Shown here: positions 12,486 to 27,700 of the stretch, piece after piece
Layout of the letters: the number at the start of each line of letters is the position of its first letter
How positions within the stretch are numbered: the first letter of the stretch is position 1
From: the human T2T-CHM13v2.0 reference genome, Homo sapiens
Strand: one strand, 5' to 3'
Assembly: GCF_009914755.1 (NCBI RefSeq)
Contig: NC_060928.1
DNA length: 64,000 nt
Made by a program: the position numbers and the translations under genes
The notes under the pieces: generated by a model
Databases searched by the model: none
What the model was told of the DNA's origin: nothing
What the model saw: only the letters and a program-made list of their open reading frames with translations

Positions 12486-14549
12486 GAATCCCAATTTATA
12501 GATGAAAAGACATGAGCTTTTAGGATCAAGCAGTCAATGGAAGTGTCAGAAATACCCACAACTTCCAACTATTTGTATAGTGATCTAGTGATCTATAATT
12601 GTGTCGTAGACACAATTCTGTTTTCTTCACTTGTTACCTATTAGCCTAAGCACATTAACCAACTCTGTATAAATTGTCATTTATGTAAAATTGTCAATGT
12701 ATCTTTAGTAGTAAGAAAAAATATTTCAAACTTAAAATTATAACATGTAATTGCCAAAATTTCAAGGTATCATATTACTCAGTGTGCATTTAGTTTAGAA
12801 TTTATATTAATAATAGTTATTGGGTTATTAATATAATTATTTCTCATGATTCATTTGACTTTTCAGTTTAGTTAAATCCTTCTGTCTTATCAACTAAGTT
12901 TTTTTTTTTTTTTTCAACTCCTGTAACTCTCATGGCAGTTTTTGTTTTCATGTTATGGAGTTTTGTTAAGTGTATCTATATCCAACACAAAACAGTAAGT
13001 GCTTCCTAGAATGGCTTCAATAAATAATTATTACATAATGAACAAATGAATGTAAATGAATAGTTGTGTGAACGTGTGGGTAAATGAAATTGGTATAGGG
13101 AGGAGCAACTGAAGGCATAAGGAGTTGAATTTAAAAAGATGCAACATAGAGGCATGATGACATTTGTCACATTGAAGCCTTCTGTGTCTCATGCGTTCTG
13201 TAAGTTTTAAGTGACAATGCAATATGAGGTAGGATATGAGACAAGAACAGAGACAGGAAACAGAGTATTGCATTAAGGGGTGGGCTGGATTTGGTTTCAA
13301 GTGCTGCTCTACAGAATCTATTCACTAGCTTAGTTCATTTATGTCACCGTTGGTAACTCGAAATGGGATATGATGAGATTAGTTTCACACTGAAAATAGA
13401 CAAACACTATAAATTAGACTTTTTCCCCTCACTGCCAGGTGTTAAAACTTTTCCGGCACACTACTACATGACATGTTAAGAAATTTAGACCTTCCGCATT
13501 AAGGTGTTTTTGAAGTGTTAGAAAGAATGAAATAGCATTATCCAACTTAAATGTTAAAATGAGAAGATGATTCAAAGGGATATAAGTTTTGAGACAAGGA
13601 GACTAATTAGACAGATGAGAGATTAGAGTGGTAAAGTGGAATATGAACAGAGTGACAGAACAAATATAAATACATAACATTTTATTCTGCTAATGGTTTT
13701 AACATTTTATAGTATTGTACAATGATAAAGGCAGGTGTTTCAAAAACACTTAAAAATAGCATATTTTATATTTAAAATCATTTTACCTATGAAAATAAAT
13801 CTGGACTTCCTAAGGATATTTTTCCTATTCCTATAATTTATTCTAGTTATTTTTTAAATTTCTAAATCAAAAATAAGAATTACTCATCAAAATTCACCTT
13901 TCTTAGTGAATTTTTATCAGACTATCTTATTTCACTCTTTAATGTTCCACATTACAACTTGCGAGCCATGAGTGGCACAGCATTCAGGTTATTGGAGGCT
14001 ACCAGGACTTTGAACATTCAATATACAGTGAGGCAGAGAATTTTTCTAAAGCCTAATAAAGTAGTTGAGTCTACACAGAGCTGTGGTGTTATGGGTCTGT
14101 GAACCTGTCAGGAATATTGTGTCACTCTTAAATTATATTTAACCTTTTAAGGAAAAAGTAACAAACAAAAAACTCTTGTCAAGTGATATCATCCTTGAAG
14201 TACCTATTATTTGACATGAAATTACCATAGCTTTCATTATTTAAAATTAATAGAAAAAATAAAAAAATCCATGTAAGGATGAATTAACAGTTTGATACTA
14301 TCATGGATACAGAAGTGCAATAAGAAGTATATTTTATTGTAAAATGCCAGTAGCATAAAAATTTAAAAAAAATATTTTCTGTATGTATAAAAGCATTTTC
14401 TGTATGTGTAATGAGTAAATGTATAATCCAAAGTCTTGCTTATAGAAACTTATTTTTAAGAACCTAAATATCCTTTTAAGATATTCTTCTGAGTCCTTAT
14501 AAATATGTGTTATTAAAATTTATCTATTTGTTTTCAGAATATAATTCAG

Positions 14550-14850
<301 letters not shown>

Positions 14851-15257
14851 AATATAATTCAGTAACTGAGTAGGATTTCATTTTAGATAAGTTTTCACCA
14901 TTTATTCCTATAAGGTATCTTAAATGTATGAAACATCCAAAACTCAAGGTACAACGGATGATACAATTAAATTTGTTTGTGTCATGTCTATTGTATTCCT
15001 GTTGTGCATCAGTAGAAAATTTGGAATTGATAAGTCTATTAAATTTCTTCAACATACTGTTAAAAGGATATTATTTAAAAACTTTGACATGTGCAATGAT
15101 GTCATGACTTGAAACAATAAAATATGTATTTAAATAGGATTAAAAATTCTTAACTCTATATGTCCAGAAAAAGGAAAATCTACTTTAGGTGAAAAAAAAA
15201 AAGATCACAGAAACTTTGAGGGGAAAATATCTTTGAAAACATCTTTAGTTTCATTAC

Positions 15258-16419
15258 CAATTTAAAAAGTTGATATATAATAATTGCATATTTATGGATT
15301 ATGTGTGATATTTTGATACATATATACAAATTATAATGATCAAATCAGGGTATTTTTCATATTCATCATTTGAAAATTTTATTTTTATGTTGCCAACATT
15401 TCAAATCTTCACTGCTAGCTATTTTGAAATATACTATTAATTGTTGTTAATTATAATCACCCTGCTAGGTATTGAACAGTAGAAATTATTCCAGCTAACT
15501 GCCTTCTTCATTTTCCCCACCCCACCATTCTCCATATCTAGTAACTTTCATTCCACTCTCTACCTCCATGTGATCAACGTTTTAACTCCCATATGTGAGT
15601 GAGAACATGCGATATATGTATTTATGTGCCTGGTTTATTTTACTTAACATAATGCCATCCAGGTTCACCCATGTTGCTGAGAATTCCAGAATTTCATTTT
15701 ATTTTAAATGATGGAATAGTATTTCATGGAGTAGATGTATCACATTTTCTTTATCCATTTTTCTGTTGATGGACACTTAAGCAATTCCATATCTTTCCTC
15801 TTGCGAAAGTGCTGCAGTAAACATAGGGGTACAGATATCCCTTTGATACACTGATTTCCTTTCCTTTGGATAAATACCAAGTACTGGGATTGCTGGATGG
15901 GATGGTAGTTCTATTTTTAGTTTTTGGAGAAAACCTCCATACTATAATACCTTTTATAATATATGTAACAGTTCACATTCCTGTCAACAGTGTATATGAG
16001 TCCTCTTTTCTCTGTATTCTTACCAGCATTTGTTATTTTTTTGCCTTTTTTATAATAGCCATTCTGACTGGGGCAAGATAATACCTCACTGTGGTTTTAA
16101 TTTGCATTCCTCTGATGATTTATGATGCTGAGCATTTTTTCACATACCTGTTGATGTGAAAATGGTATTTGTATGTCTTCTTATGAAGACATATCTATTC
16201 AGATATTTCACCCACTGTTTAACACATTTGTGTGTGTGTTTATGTGTCTCTGTGTGTGTGTGTTTGTGTGTATGTTTGCTGTTGAGATGTTTGAGTTTCT
16301 TGTGTATTCTGGAAATCCGTTCCTTTTTGGATGAATAGGTATAAATATTTTCTACCATCTTATTCGTTGTTTCTTCACTCCTTTAATGGTATTCTTTGCT
16401 GTATAAAGCTTTTTAGTTT
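15258..16419 (-). mobile_element. L1MA (L1MA4/5-like) 3' part, host of the full-length L1PA
   Basis: 'aatgatcaaatcagggta...gctattttgaaatatac' L1MA 3' UTR followed by antisense ORF2; contains a (TG)-rich expansion at about 16228-16275; continues at 22608. Confidence 0.85.
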
Positions 16420-17449
16420 GGAGGGGCAGTTCCCAGATTGCTGAATAGGAACAGCTCCAGTCTACAGCTCCCAGTGTGAGCAACACAGAAGATAGGTGAT
16501 TTCTGCATTTCCAACTGAGGTACCGGGTTCATCTCACTGGGGCTTGTCAGACAGTGGGTGCAGGACAGTGGGTGCAGAGAACCAAGAGTGAGCCAAAGCA
16601 GGGCGAGGCATCACCTCACCCAGGAAGCTCAAGGGGTCAGGGAATTCCCTTTCATAGCCAAGCAAAGCCGTGACAGATGGCACCTGGAAAATTGGGTCAC
16701 TCCCACCCTAATAGTGCACTTTTCCAATGGTCTTAGAAAACGGCACACCAGGAGATTATATCCTGCGCCTGGCTTGAAGGGTCCCACGCCCACGGAGCCT
16801 CGCTCATTGCTAGCACAGCAGTCTGAGATCGAACTGCAAGGCGCCAGCAAGGCTGGGGGAGGGGCACCCGCCATTGCTGGGGCTTGAGTAGGTAAACAGA
16901 GCAGCCGGGAAGCTCAAACTGTGTGGAGCCCACTGCAGCTCAAGGAGGCCTGCCTGCCTCTTTAGACTCCACCTCTGGGGGCAGGGCATAGCTAAACAAA
17001 AGGCAGCAGAAGCCTCTGCAGACTTAAATGTTCCTGTCTGACAGATTTGAAGAGAGTAGTGGTTCTCCCAGCATGGAGTTTGAGATCTGAGAACAGACAG
17101 ACTGCCTCCTCTAGTGGGTCCCTGAACCCTGAGTAGCCTATCTGGGAGGTACCCCCCAGTAGGGGCAGACTGACACCTCACACGGCTGGGTACCCCTCTG
17201 AGACGAAACCTCCAGAGGAATATTCAGACAGGAACATTTGCTGTTCAGCAATATTCGCTGTTCTGCAGCCTCTGCTTCTGATACCCAGGCAAACAGAGTC
17301 TGGAGTGGACCTCCAGCAAACTCCACCAGACCTGCAGCTGAGGGTCCTGACTGTTAGAATGAAAACTAACAAGCAGAAAGAACATCCACACCAAAACCCC
17401 ATCTGTACGTCACCACCACCAAAGACCAAAGGTAGATAAAACCACAAAG
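16420..17449 (+). promoter_or_regulatory. L1 5' UTR (internal sense and antisense promoter region); 5' YY1 site degenerate
   Basis: Lies upstream of ORF1; the consensus YY1 motif 'caagatggcc' reads 'ccagattgct' at about 16433-16442; many CpGs have decayed to TG/CA. Confidence 0.75.
16629..16874 (-). CDS. ORF0: L1 ORF0-like antisense ORF, 81 aa, uninterrupted
   Basis: MAGAPPPALLAPCSSISDCCASNERGSVGVGP... matches the primate L1 ORF0 N-terminus (MAGAPPPASLPPCSLISDCCASN); ATG in strong context gcaATGg. Expression cannot be shown from sequence. Confidence 0.7.
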   Translation of the reverse strand: MAGAPPPALLAPCSSISDCCASNERGSVGVGPFKPGAGYNLLVCRFLRPLEKCTIRVGVTQFSRCHLSRLCLAMKGNSLTP

Positions 17450-18465
17450 TTGGGGAAAAAACAGAACAGAAAACTGAAAATTCTAAAAATCAGAGCACCT
17501 CTCCTCCTCCAAAGGAATGCAGCTTCTCACCAGCAATGGAACAAAGCTGGATGGAGAATGACTTTGACAAGTTGAGAGAAGAAGGCTTCAGATGATCGAA
17601 CTTCTCCAAGCCAAAGGAGGAAGTTGGAACCCATCGCAAAGAAGTTAAAAACCTTGAAAAAAGATAAGATGAATGGCTAACTAGAATAACCAATGCCGGG
17701 AAGTCCTTAAAGGAGCTGATGAAGCGGAAAACCATGGCATGAGTACTACATGACGAATGCACAAGCTTCAGTAGCCGATTCGATCAACTGGAAGACAGGG
17801 TATCAGTGATGGAAGATCAAATGAATGAAATGAAGTGAGAAGAGAAGTTTAGAGAAAAAAGAATAAAAAGAAATGAACAAAGCCTCCAAGAAATATGGGA
17901 CTATGTGAACAGACCAAATCTACATCTGATTGGTGTACCTGAAAGTGACAGGGAGAATAGAAGCAAGTTGGAAAACACTCTGCAGGATATTATCCAGGAG
18001 AACTTCCCCAACCTAGCAAGGCAAGCCAACATTCAAATTCAGGAAATACAGAGAACGCCACAAAGATACTCCTCGAGAAAAGCTACTCCAAGACACATAA
18101 TTGTCAGATTCACCAAAGGTGAAATGAAGATAAAAATGTTAAGGGCAGCCAGAGAGAAAGGTTGGGTTACCCACAAAGTGAAGCCCATCAGAGTAATAGC
18201 TGATCTCTTGGCAGAAACTCTACAAGCCAGAAGAGAGTGGGAGCCAGTATTCAACAATCTTAAAGAAAAGAATTTTCAGCCCAGAATTTCATATCCAGCC
18301 AAACTAAGCTTCATAAGTGAAGGAGAAATAAAATCCTTTACAGACAAGCAAATGCTGAGAGATTTTGTCACCACCAGGCCTGCTCTACAAGAGCTCCTGA
18401 AGGAAGCACTAAACATGGAAAGGAACAACTGATACCAGCCACTGCAAAAACATACCAAATTTTAA
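17450..18465 (+). pseudogene. L1 ORF1p (RNA-binding chaperone), disrupted
   Basis: Start codon mutated to TTG ('aaagTTGgggaaaaaa'); several premature stops including TGA at 18430; open fragment 17905..18432 RPNLHLIGVPE...YPAKLSF...ALNMERNN. Confidence 0.93.
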
Positions 18466-18528
18466 AGACCATTGATGCTAAGAAGAAACTGCATCAACTA
18501 AAGAGCAAAATAACCAGCTAACATCATA

Positions 18529-22349
<3,821 letters not shown>

Positions 22350-22607
22350 ACAATGAGAACACTTGGACACAGGAAGAGGAACATCACACACTGGGGCCTG
22401 TTGTTGGGTGGGGGGAGTGGGGAAGGATAGATTTAGACCTAATGTAAATGACGAGTTAATGGGTGGAGCACACCAACATGGCACATGTATACATATGCAA
22501 CGAACCTGCACGTTGTGCACATGTACCCTAGAACTTAAAGTATAATAAAAATATATATATATATAAAACAAAACAAAAAACAAACAACAAAAAAAGCTTT
22601 TTAGTTT

Positions 22608-23398
22608 AATATAGTCTCTTTTGTCTATTTTTGCTTTTGTTATCTGTGATTTTTTGGTCTTAACCATAAAATTGGTGCCTAGACCAATGTCCTAATCATT
22701 TCCCTGTTTTCTTCTAGTACTTTTATAGTTTCAGGTTTACATTTAAATCTTTAATCCATTTTAAGTTGAGATTTGTATATGGTGAGAGATAGGGGTCTAG
22801 TTTCATTCTTCTGCGTACAGGTACCCAGTTTTCCCAGTTCCATTTATTGATGAGGGTGCCCTTTCCCCAGTGTATGTTGTTAGCACGTTTGTTTAAAATG
22901 ACTTGGTTGTAAGTGCATGGATTTATTTCTGGGTTCTCTATTCTGTTTCTTTGGTCTATATGTCTGTTTTATACCAATGTCAAGCTGTTTACTATAGCTT
23001 TATAGTATATTTTGAAGTCAGGTAGTGTAACATCTCTAGCTTTGTTCTATTTTCTTAGTATTACTTTTGTTATTTGGGGTCTTCTGTAGTCAAAACAATT
23101 TTAGAATTTTTTTTTCTTTCTGTAAATAAGGTCATTGGTCTTTTGATAAGGATTACATTGAATCTGTAGATTGCTTTGGGTAGTATGGTAATTTTAACAA
23201 TACTAACGTTTCCAATCCATGAGCATGAGGCATCTTTTCATTTGTTTGTGCCTTCTTCAATTTATTTCATCAGTGTTTTGCAATTTTTCTAGTAGAGGTC
23301 TTTCACTTTCCAGGTTAAATTTATTTATTGATACCTTATTTTATTTTATTCTTGTAGCTATTGTAAGTGGGATTCCATTTTTAATTTATGTTTCAGCT
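22608..23398 (-). mobile_element. L1MA continuation (ORF2, antisense)
   Basis: Resumes 'tttagtttaatatagtc' after the TSD and is colinear with the piece ending at 16419. Confidence 0.88.
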
Positions 23399-23703
23399 AG
23401 CTAACATCATACTGAATGTGGAAAAGCTGAAAACATTTTCTCTAAGAAGTGAAACAACACAAGAGTGCCCACTTTCACTATTCTCATTTAACATAGTTTT
23501 GGAAGTTATAGTCAGAGCAATCAGGCAAGAGAAAGAAATAAAAGGCATTCAGATTGGAAAAGACAAAAACTAATTGTCCCTCTTTGCAGTCAACATGATC
23601 TAATATATAGAAAACTCTAAAGACTTAAGAAAGAAACCTTTAAAATTATGAACAACTTCAGTAAAGCTACAAGACAAAATAAACACACAAAAATCAGTAG
23701 TAT
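23399..23703 (+). mobile_element. Inverted 5' segment of the same L1MA (twin-priming inversion)
   Basis: ORF 23388..23573 gives [26 protein letters not shown]...[14 protein letters not shown]; ends at 'aaaatcagtagta', just upstream in ORF2 of where the antisense part starts. Confidence 0.85.
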
Positions 23704-23915
23704 CCATTATTTTTTGAGTATTTATCATTGTAAATATAAAGCATACATAATTTTAATTAATAAACAGAAAGAAACAGAAAATTATATTTTAAAAACTACC
23801 CAATTTTGTATCAACCAATGTCAACAACAGAAAACAATCTAGTATGCTCCTTTCGAATCCTTTTATCTACATATGTATGTACTTATTCAATCGTTCATTT
23901 ATTTCTTTTGATGAC

Positions 23916-24314
23916 TACTATAGTTTGGCCTTTGTATCCCCATAACTCATGTTGAAATTTGATACCAATTTTGGAAGCGGGGGCCTCATAGGAGGTGTTT
24001 GAGTGATGAGCAGATCTCTCATAAATAGATTAAGGTTTTCCCTGGGGATGGAGGGGAGAAGAATTCAAGCTCAAGTAGTTCCCATGAGAACCGGTTGGTA
24101 AAAAGAGCCTGGCACCTCTCCCATCTCTCTTCCTTTCTCTCTTGTGCCCCTTCACCTTGACCATGAGTGGAAGCAGCCTGAGACGCTCACATTAAGCAGA
24201 AGCTGGCAAGCTGGCACCATGCTTCTGGTAGAGACAGCAAAACTGGGCCAAATAAATTTCTTTTCTCTGTAAATTACCCAACCTCAGGTATTCCTTTATA
24301 TCAGGACTATGACA
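23916..24314 (+). mobile_element. MST-family (MSTB/C-like) solo LTR
   Basis: 'ctatagtttgg...actcatgttgaaatttgat...ccatgagtggaagcagcctgag...aaattacccaacctcaggtattcctttata'; perfect 5-bp TSD atgac at 23911-23915 and 24315-24319. Confidence 0.9.
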
Positions 24315-25114
24315 ATGACCATGTTGTTTCAGTTCTTAACATGATACATTCATATTCTGTGAAGGTTTGAATTCATACCATATTTTACTTTATAAATACA
24401 AATCTTTCTTGTTATTGTAGATGATATGAGTGATTTAACTGAGCTTTTAATTTTCAACTTCCCATTAAGTATGATATTGGCTGTCTTTTAAAAATAATCT
24501 TTAACTTTGTAAAAAAAGATTTTGATTGACTTTTCAAATGTTTTAGTTGAATGAGTAATTCATATATTCAAACGTCTTCACTACGTCTATTTGATATTTA
24601 GTTAGGAGGCATCATATGTAAGTAGTTTTGTATTTATGGGATAAATCCTATTTTGTTATAGTATGTAGTCTTATAATTAAGAATTGTATGTGTTGCCATT
24701 TAATTTGTTATACTGGTATCAATGTTATTGATTTCCCTAAGTCTTAGTCATTGAAATGTAATCTATATACTAACTTCCTATTTGTAAGCAACCCGAGGTA
24801 ATGCAGCCTAATTATAAGGCAACCTGAGGTAATACAGAATTTATCATAAAGTTATTCCGTGAACTACACCCTGAAACTTGATCATTGCAACTGTCAGCTA
24901 AACCAGGTTACTATTGCTTTTAAGTGTCCATAATACATACCTTGAATTTAATGCTGTTATATTATTTTATACCTATAATTTTATAGCTAGATTTTATGTT
25001 TTGTTTTACTTGTTTGCTCTATGTTAAGATTTATGTATAGATTTTAAAATTAACTGAGTGGCATTGTATAATTTTCTAGCTAAAAGTCAACTCCTGTATA
25101 AATCTGTTAGTTAT

Positions 25115-27700
25115 TTTAAGGATTTTGAATTTTATTCTATGTAATGTAGAAAGGAAATGAAGGGTTTTAAGGCAGAGGAGTGACATAATGACTGTGGCTG
25201 TAAGCTTGAGAATAAAATGTAGGAGGAGAAAATGTGGAGTTAGGGTGACAAGTTAGGATGCTAATGCAGTAATTTTGGGGACAGATAGTATCTTTGAGCA
25301 GGTGAAAGTGAGTAGAATTGAGTAGAAATAATTGAAGTAATTAGTTTCTGAATATATTTTGAAGGTAGAGTTAACAGGATTTATTGACAGATTCTAGGTA
25401 TGCTGTGAGAAAAGGAGATAAATCAAGTATGTTTTCACATTTATTGCCTTGAACATCTGCAAAGACAGAGTTCCCTGAGGTGGCCAAAACTGCAGGAATA
25501 GGACATTTTGGGCATGAGTTCATGACACATTAAATATGAAATGCCTGGTAGTGAAAATAGCATATGTTATCTATGATAATAGCTGTCAATTTGAAATAAT
25601 TTTTACCAAATTGAGCATATTTGACATTTTTAAGAGTTTCTTTAATCAGAAATTGGTAATTTATAATTTTATGTATGATAAAATGAGAAATATAGACTTC
25701 TTACTCTTGTTCAGATACAAAAATTTTAAACATATTTCTAAAACAGAAAATTGAATATGAAGTTATATATATAATTTGAACATAGTGTAGGACTCCGGGT
25801 TGTAGGCACAAATGTGGTAGTCATTTACATACATGCAGATGGCATTTAAAGGCAAGAACCTGAATAAGATAACCAAATGAGTGAATATGAACAGAAGTCA
25901 GGAGTGGATAAGGAGCTGAGCCCTAATGTCTTTCAAAATTAAGAAATCAGAAAGAAAAGGGGAAAACCAGTCAGAGACTGAAGAGAGGTAATAAATAAGG
26001 TAGTAGGAGAATCAATAGGATATGATGACTTGGAATCCAAGTCAATAATGTATTTCAAGAAGGAAGTAAGAGTTCATATTTGTAAAATTCTACCTATAGG
26101 TAAGGTAATATAAAGATTGAGAAGTTACCATTTGATTTAGCAACATGAAGGTTAACAAGAACAGCTTTGCGTTGAGCAGTGGGAGCAAAAAGCCCACTGG
26201 CATAGATTTATGAAAGAATTGGAGGAAGGGAGTTAGAAACAGCAAGAGTATATTCTTTAGAGTTTTACACTGGTGAGTACCATTCACGTAAAATGAAACA
26301 AGAATTGTGACTTATGGAATGGTTACATGCAGTGTTATTAGCAGCTAGATGTTGTGATGATGGGAGTCTGTAGAAATTCTTTGTTGACTTTGTCCAGCTA
26401 AGCAAGAAATAAGTTCATCAGCTAGAAGTGGGAATGAAGAAGAAGGGGTTGTTAGTGAGAGAAGTGAAGAGAATGTGTGAAATCGTCATTTAGAAGATTT
26501 GGACAAGAGAAATATTGAGTAATTTTAATGCGGCATTAATGAGGCTAGTAAGCATAAATTTAAAGGAATGTTACCCAGTATTTTGGAGTGTGTTCTTCTA
26601 GATACATTAGATGGCATAAGTAGAAGCATGGAGTGAACAAACATTTGAATTTAACACATAAAAAAGACATGACAAGGGCAAGAAAATTGATGATGTATAC
26701 AAAGGAGTAATTATGATGACTGACAATAAAATTTAAACCAAGTAAAGAAGGAAGGTAGGATAAATATGGAGTGAAGGACAATGAAAACCTAGTAGAATCC
26801 ATGGATTGGAGGTATTCGTGAAAATGAAGAATAAATGTACTTGGGATACTACGGAGAGCGAACTGAAATAAACTGAAATGAAAGAAGATGCTGGTTAGAC
26901 AAAAGGATCCATTACATTTAAATTAAAGAGGGGCTGTAGTTTGTGATAATGATGACATCTAGCAAATGACCATAGCAGAGAGAAGCTGCGGTACGTAGAG
27001 AAAATAATGTTAGAAGAGAAGAATTAAAGACACTGAGATACTTGAATTTCCAAAGTATCATCTAACTATAGAGTGAAATTCCCAAAAATAAGACAAGGGT
27101 AGCTTTGAAGAGACTAAAAATACACTTGGTGGGATAACTGAAATGAAGGGGGACTTGCACATGAATCAGATGAGAACAGCAGGGGTGTTGTAGATATTTA
27201 AACTAATACCATGAGACACATTGCTGAAAGTTTTAGGAAGGAGGGAAAGAGAAAGTGCTGGAAGTTACAATGAGGAACAAGACAAAGAAATACTTAACTT
27301 CCTTGCCTACTGATGTAAAGCTTGTTGGAGAAAATAATATTACCAATTTAGAGAGCTACAGAAGAAGCTGTGTTCTCTTGTTAAACATTGCCCTCCAATA
27401 GGTCAAAGTTAGAGAAGAGAGAAGAGACGGAGAGGATTTTAATGTTGAGGGACTGTAGGACCAATGAGATGATTTCAGAAGTTGGAGAGACATGAAAGTA
27501 GGATTAGAATAGAGAATATACAGAACCTTATGGCAACCCAAGATGAAGAGTGACCTGGGACTTTTGGACCTTGATAAAAGCAGGGATAAAGAGTATAAAG
27601 AGATCAGGATGTCACATGAACCTATTCTTGGAAGAGACTCGGCATGTTTTAGAGCCATATGGTATGTGAGGCTCACCCTTGACCCATGTTGAAAGTTGAC
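25115..27700 (-). mobile_element. Long degenerate L2 LINE (with an AT-rich interruption at about 25560-25780)
   Basis: Antisense L2 motifs 'ggattttgaattttattct...gggttttaaggcagaggagtgacataat', 'tttctgaatatattttgaaggtagag', 'ccatttgatttagcaacatgaagg' in a purine-rich tract. Confidence 0.75.
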
